A stretch of DNA of 64,000 nt from Mycobacteriales bacterium (lineage in GTDB: Bacteria; Actinomycetota; Actinomycetes; Mycobacteriales; Mycobacteriaceae): the NCBI GenBank assembly GCA_038242295.1, contig JBBSSG010000003.1:398-64397 (forward strand), given 5' to 3'. How positions within the stretch are numbered: position 1 is the stretch's first letter; every line of letters starts with the position of its first letter. A model generated the notes under the pieces. It was not told where the DNA came from, did no database searches, and was given only the letters and a program-made list of their open reading frames with translations. Shown here piece by piece: positions 26,864-35,293 of the stretch. Position numbers and translations under genes: made by a program.

Positions 26864-29319
26864 AGAATCTGCGCTCGCTTGATCGAATTCAGCGCTCGCA
26901 CATGTCCTGTCGGCTTCGTCCCCGCACCCGTCAGGGCTACCGTCCGGCTGGCTCCGGCGGCAAGATGAAACCACGAATCGCTGGTATCGAATCCGCCGAC
27001 GTCGACGCACACGTACTGCGCAGCCCAGTGGGTCGACACGGTCAGCGACCACCGGCCGGGGCCTACCTGCTCGGCGTGCGCAGACAGGCCTACATCGTTC
27101 TGCCGAGCTTGTGCGCCCCCGATGAGTTCAGTTGCCTCCGCCACCGACCTACCTGCGCCGTCGAGCAATTCCACGACCACGCAGGAGTACGTCTGCGCCC
27201 CGAAGCGGTATGCGTGGTTGACGTCGACGAACGCTCCGAGCACGCGGTCGAGAGGCAGGCTCTTGGAACTGTGCCCCGCTAGTTCGATCTGCTGCTCACA
27301 CGGCTCACCCACTCGGCCTGTCGACCCGTGCAGCGAGACTCGAAGCCTCCCCGGAAGCAGCTCTGGGGTGTCGTTGATCATTTCGATGCACAGACCGTCG
27401 AGACCATCGTCGACGATGAATACGGCAATGGGGCTGCTCAGTCGCGCCAGGCTGTACCACGGAGCTTTCGGGTCGCCCGAGGCGTCCAAGAGTCCCCACC
27501 CAGCCCCCGGCACCAGGTCGCGAAGCGTCAGCACCAGCGCGCCGCCACATTCGGATTCGCTTCTGCGCCAATGTGAATAGGAGGCGGTGACGGCCTCGCA
27601 TACTGCCGCCCGCCCGTAGTCGAGATAAAGTTCAGCGTCGGTCCGTCGGACGAGGTGGGGGTCGACCGAGAAGATTTCACGAACGTAGTGATCGCGGACG
27701 TCCTCGAAGTCCCACGACGATCCGCGGTCGCGAGGCACCGCGGCCTTCCAATCCGGATGATGCCCAGCGACATTGGCCGAGCCGAACATTCGCTCCACCG
27801 CTCGGCGTTCCGGGGGAATCGAGAACGCCAAGCATTCGGCAGCGAAACGTACACGCGCCGTACGTACGTCGGTAAGCGGTCGCAGATAACCGCCGACACC
27901 GAAGTAGTGCGCAATGCCGTCGCCGACGTGCGTGTGCAGTTCACCGGTCGAGGACGAGGGGCTGGACGTGACATACGGGGTGCCAGCCAGAGCGTCCTGC
28001 AGCATTCGCGGAATCACATTGTCCAACAATGCAATATGTTGATTCTCTGCCGTCAGACCCAGCATCGTCGGCTGTTGCTGTGTTTCACTGCCGCCGCTGA
28101 CGACAGCCAATGCCGGGTTGCCTCCAACGATCGTGAAGAGCGCGTCGAGTTCACGTTCGACCGCGCCGACGAACTGAAGATCCTCCGGTGGATCGGTGGT
28201 GGCGAACATGACATCCTGCCAAACCATGATGCCCAGTTCGGCACAGAGGGACCAGAATTCACGCTGCTCATACACCAGCGTTCCTACCACGCGGACCATG
28301 TTCAGTCCTGCGTCACGCATGCGCAGCAACTCTGCGCGCAGACTCTCTTCATCGACCCACAGTCGCGTCGGATCAGGAGGAACCCAACAGCCGCCGCGAG
28401 CAAAAACACCAATTCCGTTGATCAGCAACTCAACCGCGCGGCCGTCGCGGAGCAACTCGGTTCGACGAAAACCGACGACGCCCGAATGCACGAGGTTCCC
28501 ATCCACCTTCACCGACAGCGCATACTGCTCGGGAGAGCCATGAGTATGGGGCCACCACAAGCGGACATCCGGAACAGTCACGGCAACGTCGAGAGTTCCG
28601 GGAGCGACCGCCCTGGTGAACGTGTGCTCGCCGATGCAGATGTCCACCGAGGAGATGCCCTCCTCCAGGTTCGCCCGCAGCCGCACCACCCCGCTGGTGC
28701 CGTCCACCGACGTGTGGATCCGCAGGCAATCTATCGGGGAGCGTGGCCGGAGCGTCACCGGCCGCCATAGTCCTACCGGTGCGGGCAGCGATCCGTACAC
28801 GGGGGCTCGGCCGAGCAGGGTGGTCCGTTCGTGGCGAAGCCCCTGGGTGCTCACCAGCGAGGATCGCCACCGACCGCGTGGTTTCCTCCGCGCGAGAACA
28901 CCGTCCATCGACTCGATGCGGACCGCAATCTCGACCAGTCCCGTTCCCGCGGGAATGTCGATGCTCTCGGGTACGAACATCGACCGGACTGTTCTCGATT
29001 CCTCGCCGTTGACCCAGATGGTTGCTCGGGTCGCGACGCCCTCGAATCTCAGCGTCGTGGCGACCGAGCCGGGCACAGACACCGACGTCGTGAACCACCA
29101 GTCGAGCGCATCCTGATCCGGCCGGTCGACGACCGATGCGACAGTGCCTGGCACCAAAGCAGATGCGACCGTGCCGGGTACCACCGCGCCCGACCATTCG
29201 GTGCCGCGCGAGAGTTCGCGGGGATGCTCACACGTTCTGGGTTCGGTGGCAGCGAGGTGCCACTGGGCACCGCCTAAAAAGTCGTCGAGATCTTTGCTCA
29301 CACCGATATCTTGACTCAC
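26860..29319 (-). CDS. GH2 beta-mannosidase-like glycoside hydrolase
   Basis: LRFEGVAT, GLWRPV, LWWPHTHG, NMVRV, GIMVWQDVMF, candidate acid/base GGSE and nucleophile RFAAE; no signal peptide. Confidence 0.85.
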   Translation of the reverse strand: MSQDIGVSKDLDDFLGGAQWHLAATEPRTCEHPRELSRGTEWSGAVVPGTVASALVPGTVASVVDRPDQDALDWWFTTSVSVPGSVATTLRFEGVATRATIWVNGEESRTVRSMFVPESIDIPAGTGLVEIAVRIESMDGVLARRKPRGRWRSSLVSTQGLRHERTTLLGRAPVYGSLPAPVGLWRPVTLRPRSPIDCLRIHTSVDGTSGVVRLRANLEEGISSVDICIGEHTFTRAVAPGTLDVAVTVPDVRLWWPHTHGSPEQYALSVKVDGNLVHSGVVGFRRTELLRDGRAVELLINGIGVFARGGCWVPPDPTRLWVDEESLRAELLRMRDAGLNMVRVVGTLVYEQREFWSLCAELGIMVWQDVMFATTDPPEDLQFVGAVERELDALFTIVGGNPALAVVSGGSETQQQPTMLGLTAENQHIALLDNVIPRMLQDALAGTPYVTSSPSSSTGELHTHVGDGIAHYFGVGGYLRPLTDVRTARVRFAAECLAFSIPPERRAVERMFGSANVAGHHPDWKAAVPRDRGSSWDFEDVRDHYVREIFSVDPHLVRRTDAELYLDYGRAAVCEAVTASYSHWRRSESECGGALVLTLRDLVPGAGWGLLDASGDPKAPWYSLARLSSPIAVFIVDDGLDGLCIEMINDTPELLPGRLRVSLHGSTGRVGEPCEQQIELAGHSSKSLPLDRVLGAFVDVNHAYRFGAQTYSCVVVELLDGAGRSVAEATELIGGAQARQNDVGLSAHAEQVGPGRWSLTVSTHWAAQYVCVDVGGFDTSDSWFHLAAGASRTVALTGAGTKPTGHVRALNSIKRAQIL

Positions 29320-30383
29320 AAAGCCGAGGACACGATATCCATCGCCGCAGCCCAGCTCGCTGCCATCTCCGCGAGAGGTTCGTCGAGGGTCACCGACCGC
29401 CCGCGCGAGGCACGTGCCATGCGGAATTGGACGGCCTTGGCGCCCTGCGCCACCTGCAGAAAATGGGGCATTGCAGCTTCAGCACCCGCGACGCCGCGGG
29501 ATTCGAGGTACCGGCACAGATCTGCTGCGAGTTCCGCCGTCGCTCCGCACTGACGGAGCAAGCCGAACGACCAGAGATGGAATGCATCCGGCCCTGCGGA
29601 CTGCACGAGCGGGATATCGGCGATGACGCGTCGCGCTAGTGTCTCGACGGGGTTGCCGTCCGGCCGGCGCGAGAGGTGCGAACGTACGACGTCGAGGTCG
29701 CGGTCTCCGACGCCTGCTGCAATGTGATTGCGGCCCATCCGGATCTGCTCGATGTATGGGAGCAGCACCTCAGGGTGCTGCTCGGGCGCCAGGTTGAAGA
29801 TTCCATCGAAATCCGGGCCCGAGAGCTCGAAGTAACCACGGTTGTGGAAATAGCCGAGCACCTTTTCCGACACATCCACCGAGTTCGGCACGATGGTCGT
29901 CTTGGTGTGCTCGTTCCGGTAGCTGGTACCCGCGGTGTCTGGCAGCCAGAAGCCGTCGACCTCCACGGTCAGGAGCACTCCGTCGGCCAATTCTTCACGG
30001 ACGTGCTCGAGCACGGGACGCCAGACGTTCATCTCGTCGACGCCGATTCCGTAGAGCGCACGGAGGTCCTCGGACTGCATCTTCCCAAAATTCCACTGCC
30101 GGCCGTCGCAGTCTGCGCTCAGCACAAAGGCCAGCGCAGGGATCGGATCGGCACCGAGTGAGTGGAGGAGTTCGATCCACAAGTCGACGTAGCAGTTGGT
30201 TTCTGTCCATACCCGCTCGTGCGAGTGGATGGAATGGGTGCTGTATGTCGCCGGGTTGAGCCCGAGCAGGCGGTATTCGGTCGCCGATCGGCGGGCCTCG
30301 AGATTGCGCACGTCGGCTCCTGCCAGCGTTTCTGTGCTGGTGGATGTGGCTGTGCTGTGTGTCAAAATTGCGCCGTTCGACAT
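29316..30383 (-). CDS. DUF1839 family protein
   Basis: WTETNCYVDLWIELLH, EVDGFWLPDTAGTSY, HTKTTI and GYFHNRGYF; stop overlaps the GH2 start; this family is recalled as co-occurring with aa:CP ligases. Confidence 0.8.
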   Translation of the reverse strand: MSNGAILTHSTATSTSTETLAGADVRNLEARRSATEYRLLGLNPATYSTHSIHSHERVWTETNCYVDLWIELLHSLGADPIPALAFVLSADCDGRQWNFGKMQSEDLRALYGIGVDEMNVWRPVLEHVREELADGVLLTVEVDGFWLPDTAGTSYRNEHTKTTIVPNSVDVSEKVLGYFHNRGYFELSGPDFDGIFNLAPEQHPEVLLPYIEQIRMGRNHIAAGVGDRDLDVVRSHLSRRPDGNPVETLARRVIADIPLVQSAGPDAFHLWSFGLLRQCGATAELAADLCRYLESRGVAGAEAAMPHFLQVAQGAKAVQFRMARASRGRSVTLDEPLAEMAASWAAAMDIVSSAL

Positions 30384-30454
30384 GACTGCGCCTCCCGCCG
30401 GATTGCAAACTTACGGATGCAGGCGCGAATTGTCGCTATCGCCCTGATTCAACC

Positions 30455-30482
30455 TCAAATAGTAACCAATTGGTTTGTTTGA
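30455..30482. promoter_or_regulatory. Palindromic candidate operator in the divergent DUF1839/EEP region
   Basis: Perfect AACCAATTGGTT core at 30464-30475 within TCAAA...TTTGA. Confidence 0.4.
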
Positions 30483-30740
30483 CGCATGTTTTTCGACGGT
30501 ATGATCGAACAAGAGATGTTTTGGCTAACGATCGACTCGGCCGACGCTGAATACGAACACGCGGCGACGGAAACGGTCACAACCACAGAGCGAACAGTCG
30601 CTTCCTCGGCGGTAATGCTGATGTGCGGTCCGTTGATGGCCGCACCTGCACATCGCGTCTGAGCTGGGCATCCTCCCAGTCTAGTCAATAGTTCATCCAG
30701 ACGATTGCCGCTTGCGGCCAGTAGAACCGGAGGCAGCAGG

Positions 30741-31685
30741 ATGCGACGGATAGTGCGTGGGTGTGCGATCGCAATGGCGTGGTCGATACTGGTCGTTGCG
30801 GCAGGATTGCTCATCGCGCGCTACTGGAGCGTGACGCACATCACGGTGGTAGCGCTACTGGTCGGAGCGCCTTATCTCGTCGTCCCAATCGCTTTTGCGG
30901 CAATCCTGTTCGGTATCGCCAAGTCCCGGACCGGTCTGCTTGTCGCTGTGACGCTGGCACTCGTCCTCGCAGCCATTCAGATTCCGCAATTCGTCGCCGA
31001 CCCGCAGACCGCGACTGGACCAGAGATCACGGTGCTGACCATCAACGTCGCCCACGGTGAGGCCGACGCCCAGTCGATCGTGGACGAGGTCCGGTCGAGC
31101 AACGCCGATATTCTCGCGGTCCAGGAGCTGACAACTGCCGAAGTCGACGACCTCACCGGTGCAGGGCTCGAATCGATCCTGCCGTACAACGTGACCGCCG
31201 GACTCGCGGTGGCCGACGGCACCGGATTGTGGAGCAAAACCCCACTTACCGACGGCACTGAGCTATCGGGTTTCGGGTTCATTCCTGTCCAGGCCACTAC
31301 CGTCATCGGCGGCAACTCCATCACCGTGGTGTCGTTCCATGCAATGTCGCCGGCGACTCCTCAGGACACCATCGAATGGGCAGAAGACCTCATCCACATG
31401 CGCACGCTGATGGACTCCTACCAGGGAACCGTCCTGGTGGCGGGCGATTTCAACGCCACCGGGGATCACCCGCAGTTCCGTGATCTGGCCAGCTCCGGCT
31501 TCGGCGACGCAGCCGAGCGGGCCGGCGCCGGGTTGTTCCGCACGTTCCCGTCCAGCCGTCCGCTCGCACAGCTCGACCACGTCGTGACGAGCGATAGCGT
31601 CGACGCGCTCGAGGTGCGCCCGGTTTCGATCCCGGACTCCGATCATCTGGCAGTCACGGCGCGCCTAAGGCTGCCGGGGGCGTGA
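30741..31685 (+). CDS. Membrane-anchored endonuclease/exonuclease/phosphatase (EEP) family protein
   Basis: Three N-terminal TMs; LTINV, AVQE, AGDFNAT, LDHV and SDH motifs; GGAGG RBS. Confidence 0.9.
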   Translation: MRRIVRGCAIAMAWSILVVAAGLLIARYWSVTHITVVALLVGAPYLVVPIAFAAILFGIAKSRTGLLVAVTLALVLAAIQIPQFVADPQTATGPEITVLTINVAHGEADAQSIVDEVRSSNADILAVQELTTAEVDDLTGAGLESILPYNVTAGLAVADGTGLWSKTPLTDGTELSGFGFIPVQATTVIGGNSITVVSFHAMSPATPQDTIEWAEDLIHMRTLMDSYQGTVLVAGDFNATGDHPQFRDLASSGFGDAAERAGAGLFRTFPSSRPLAQLDHVVTSDSVDALEVRPVSIPDSDHLAVTARLRLPGA

Positions 31686-31750
31686 GTCCCGGCTCGGGCG
31701 CATCCTGAGCAGCGTGAACCTCGACTCGTCAATGCTGCCGGAGGCGCGAG

Positions 31751-33151
31751 CTAAAACCTCGGAAGCTCGAAGACCGGCGGCGGCGGAAGTTCGATCTGCG
31801 GCAGCTGGATTTGCGGCAACCCCGGGATCAGCGGCGGCGGCGGAGGCGGAGGCGGAGCGGGCTCGGGCGCATCCTCGGTGTACCTCGGAGCCTGGTAGGT
31901 CTCTACCGGCGCCGGAGCAGGTGCAGGCTCGACGGTGGTGGCCACAGGTGGAGGCGTCGTAGTCTTCGGCGCCGGACGGGAAGTCGACGGCGGCGTGGTC
32001 GTCAGTGGCTCGACGTCATTTGCGGGCGCATTGCTCGAGTCGCCTGATCCGCCGTAACCCAGAGTGAGCCCCAGCGCCGCAACAGCCGCGAGACCGGCCG
32101 CAACGAGAGCCGCGCCGCCGATCTTGCGTTTGGATGTCGCGGCACGATCGACCGGCTCAGGACTGAGCCAGTCAGGGGTGCCGCTCAACGCCTGCGGAGT
32201 TCTCTCACTCAGCGGCGCAGCCTGGACGTGGGCGGGGGCAGTGGCAGTGGCGGAGACAGGAACGGGGACGAGATGGTCCACCGGAGTCGCGAGCAGAGCC
32301 GCCCCTTTGGCCGCGACGGATTCAGGATCGGCCGGCGTGACGACCGGAAGCCCGGTCCACGACCGAAGAATCGATTCGACCAATGGAATGCGCGCGCCAC
32401 CGCCGATGAGGAAGACAGCGTCCACGTACTGCGGAGAGCGGGTGATCACGTTCCGCATCAGCCGCGCCGAGTACTCGATCGGCACAGTCACCAGGGACTC
32501 GAAGGACTCACGTGAAATAAGAATCACCCCGGTCTCCCCCGGCAGGCACACAGCACCCGACGTCGAGAGTTGTTCCTTGGCGATACGGCAACGCGTCGTG
32601 AACTCTTCGAGGCCCACCGCGTCTTGCAGTTCGACGCCTTGCTTGGCGAGCTGGTTGTCACGTATGAGGCGGTCGAAGTCCGAGCCACTGATATCGGAGG
32701 TGCGCTCCGCGAGGAGGACTTCACCGGTGGCACGCTCGATGACACTGATGGTCAGGCCTGAACTACCGAGGTCGTAGAGCGCGATCGTGGAGAAGTCACC
32801 GATCTCGCCGGTCGCCTCGAGGTAGGCGAGTGCGGCACGCGCCTCGGGAACCAGACGGTAGTTGTACAACTGCTGCCGGCTCATGGCCTGCTGAATGTCA
32901 CCGAACTGTTGCTGGTCACGATAGGCGACCCCGGTTGCCTCGACATGGTTGTTCCCGCCGTTCTGGGCCAACATCACCCCGATCGACTCGGCTGCAAGTT
33001 GCTCGGCACGCTCACGCAGAGCGTCGACGGTGTCGTTGTGGAAATTCAACTCATGCTTGCCAGAGGTGCGAGAGAGTAGGCCTGGTCGCGCCATACGAAC
33101 GGCGCTCGACCCCACCGAAACACCGAGTACCTCAGTCATGACCTGCCTCAC
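31751..33151 (-). CDS. Third membrane-anchored Hsp70-like protein (close paralog of 8003-10093)
   Basis: LGVSVG, YDLGSSGLT, AKEQLS, FLIGGGARIP and ESVAAKGAAL; one TM; PPPPLIPGLP tail shared with the 8003 gene. Confidence 0.78.
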   Translation of the reverse strand: MRQVMTEVLGVSVGSSAVRMARPGLLSRTSGKHELNFHNDTVDALRERAEQLAAESIGVMLAQNGGNNHVEATGVAYRDQQQFGDIQQAMSRQQLYNYRLVPEARAALAYLEATGEIGDFSTIALYDLGSSGLTISVIERATGEVLLAERTSDISGSDFDRLIRDNQLAKQGVELQDAVGLEEFTTRCRIAKEQLSTSGAVCLPGETGVILISRESFESLVTVPIEYSARLMRNVITRSPQYVDAVFLIGGGARIPLVESILRSWTGLPVVTPADPESVAAKGAALLATPVDHLVPVPVSATATAPAHVQAAPLSERTPQALSGTPDWLSPEPVDRAATSKRKIGGAALVAAGLAAVAALGLTLGYGGSGDSSNAPANDVEPLTTTPPSTSRPAPKTTTPPPVATTVEPAPAPAPVETYQAPRYTEDAPEPAPPPPPPPPLIPGLPQIQLPQIELPPPPVFELPRF

Positions 33152-33277
33152 TTGAGTGCGCGAATGGACTCGCCGACAGGGTTATAACGATCCAGTCTCG
33201 AAGCCCCCGCTCGGCACTACTTTAGCGTGACCGCCTCACTAATGCGATCAGAGCAGCCGACCTACTACTGTGGCCTT

Positions 33278-33781
33278 GTGCACGTTCTTTTCGTTTGTAC
33301 CGGGAACATCTGCCGATCCCCCACTGCCGAGCGACTCGCAGCGGCGTTTGCACACGAGAGGGGACTCGAGTTGACCGCCACCAGCGCGGGCACTCACGGC
33401 CTTACCGGGCATTCGATGGACCCACCGGCGGCTACGGTTCTACATCAACTGGGGGGCGATTCCGAGGGCTTCGTCGCCAGGCGTGTCACACCTCGAATCG
33501 CCGAGGAAGCCGATCTGATTCTGACGATGACCGCCCGCCACCGCGACGCGGTTCTAGCGCTCGCGCCTCGCAAATTGCGGCGGACGTTCACTCTTCTCGA
33601 GGCTGCCGCGCTCGTCGAAGCGTCGGGGGCCAAAAACATCGACGACATCGCCGACGCGCGTGGCAAGCACTCCGCCCCGGCGCTCGATATCGAGGATCCG
33701 TACACCAAAGCGCATGAAATCTATGAGGCTGTAGGTCAGCAGATTGCCGATGCTTTGCCCATAATTCTTCACGCTGTGTAA
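33278..33781 (+). CDS. Low-molecular-weight protein-tyrosine phosphatase (Wzb-like)
   Basis: P-loop VCTGNICRS, SAGT and DIEDPY. Confidence 0.9.
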   Translation: MHVLFVCTGNICRSPTAERLAAAFAHERGLELTATSAGTHGLTGHSMDPPAATVLHQLGGDSEGFVARRVTPRIAEEADLILTMTARHRDAVLALAPRKLRRTFTLLEAAALVEASGAKNIDDIADARGKHSAPALDIEDPYTKAHEIYEAVGQQIADALPIILHAV

Positions 33782-33895
33782 CTTCCGGTCCGTTTGTACA
33801 TCAGATGAACAACAGCTCAGCGGCTATCGGACCAGTTCCCATCGCGCCGACGGTCCGCATAATCGAGGGATGCGAAATTCCGCGTCGGATGATGC

Positions 33896-34123
33896 ATGAT
33901 GAGCCTCATGCCGATCTATCAGCTGCGAGCAGATGACGAAGTACTCGCCGAAGCAGAGTTGCCCACAGACAGCAAAGCGATGACATGGGCTGTCCGGAGG
34001 ATGACCGAACTCCGCAAGAGCGTGCATGGCCGCCGATGGCAGGGACACCGCCTCGTCGACGAGGTCTGGGAACACCGTTTTTCCGGGGGCCGACGCAGCA
34101 CCTCCGACGCGGTTGCCACCTGA
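33896..34123 (+). CDS. Small hypothetical protein
   Basis: 75-aa ORF with plausible composition (PIYQLRADDEVLAE...); no family recognised. Confidence 0.45.
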   Translation: MMSLMPIYQLRADDEVLAEAELPTDSKAMTWAVRRMTELRKSVHGRRWQGHRLVDEVWEHRFSGGRRSTSDAVAT

Positions 34124-34207
34124 GCGAGACCGCACACGCTCCGGTAACATTCCCGATTCAGTGCCGCATCAGACCGACTGCGGCAACCGGCGTAGGGGTA
34201 TGACTGG

Positions 34208-34657
34208 ATGCGCGACAAAGCCATCGCGTTGTCGGGGGCAGCAATCGCAGGACTTGCCGTCGTGGTGGGACTGGCGATCGGTGCGGCCGGGGGTGCGTTC
34301 GACGACGACAGTGGGAGCGTTCGACCACCCGCGTTGCGCTCGGATCTCGGCAGTGCTGTTATCTCTACGGCCTCCTCGGCGATCACTGTTCCGCCGTCAC
34401 CGACGTGGCGTGTGGCTGAGCCGACGACGCCTCGGGTCACGACGACCGAACCGACCACAACCACTGTTACCACTGTTACCACTGCTGAGGGAACCACCAC
34501 TGACCGAGCCACCGAGCAGTCGATCCAGGATCTGACGGAGTCGACGCGGCGCACCCCGCGTACCCGCACGACGACCGCCGAGCCCACCGAATTCGACGAG
34601 GCTCCCGAGTCCACCTATGCCACCGAGTACACATTCACCACGCGTCCTTCGCGGTGA
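34208..34657 (+). CDS. Secreted or membrane-anchored Thr-rich protein
   Basis: N-terminal hydrophobic segment followed by a Thr/Pro-rich low-complexity region. Confidence 0.6.
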   Translation: MRDKAIALSGAAIAGLAVVVGLAIGAAGGAFDDDSGSVRPPALRSDLGSAVISTASSAITVPPSPTWRVAEPTTPRVTTTEPTTTTVTTVTTAEGTTTDRATEQSIQDLTESTRRTPRTRTTTAEPTEFDEAPESTYATEYTFTTRPSR

Positions 34658-34785
34658 GGTGAGTTCCTCTCGGTAGCCACTCGTTCTTGGGCAAACGAGC
34701 ACCAATTACGGGATGCCCTACATATATGCGAGAACCTCAGTAACATGTACTGTCTGACCGGAAAGCCCCTCGGACAACATGATCG

Positions 34786-35238
34786 GTGACTGATATGCCC
34801 CTCATCGAGCACTCCGCCGTCGCGGAGGTTCTTCGTACCCGTGCCTTCGCTTATGTCGACGACTACCGAACGGTCTCGACGTGGATGTTCGGTATCCGCT
34901 CGTTCCAACCGGTCAGCGACATCGTCCGCGGACTTGGAGCGACCTACGCCGCGGAAATGCAGATCGGTCCCAAAACCTTGCGTTCGACGCTCCGGGTGAC
35001 CGAGTGGATCGAGAACGAGACACTCACGTTGTCATCCATCGAAGGCTTCTCGACGCAGTCGACCTGGTCGTTCTCGGACGCCGACGGGGGTGGGACACGG
35101 CTCGATGTCGAGTTCGCCTACAAGTTCCCCGGCGGTTTTGCCGGCCGAGCACTCGGTGCGATGGTCGAGCCGGTGGTGGGCCAGGCAATCCGCCAGACCG
35201 ACTCGTCATTGCGCCGCTCGCTCCGCGTTGACTCCTGA
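34786..35238 (+). CDS. SRPBCC (START/polyketide cyclase-like) protein
   Basis: AFAYVDDY...WMFGI, GLGATY and GGTRLDVEFAY pattern; 150 aa. Confidence 0.8.
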   Translation: MTDMPLIEHSAVAEVLRTRAFAYVDDYRTVSTWMFGIRSFQPVSDIVRGLGATYAAEMQIGPKTLRSTLRVTEWIENETLTLSSIEGFSTQSTWSFSDADGGGTRLDVEFAYKFPGGFAGRALGAMVEPVVGQAIRQTDSSLRRSLRVDS

Positions 35239-35293
35239 GACGTGGCATTGCGGGTAATCAGACTCCGCGCGGACATCAGGCTCTGAGGGGACA

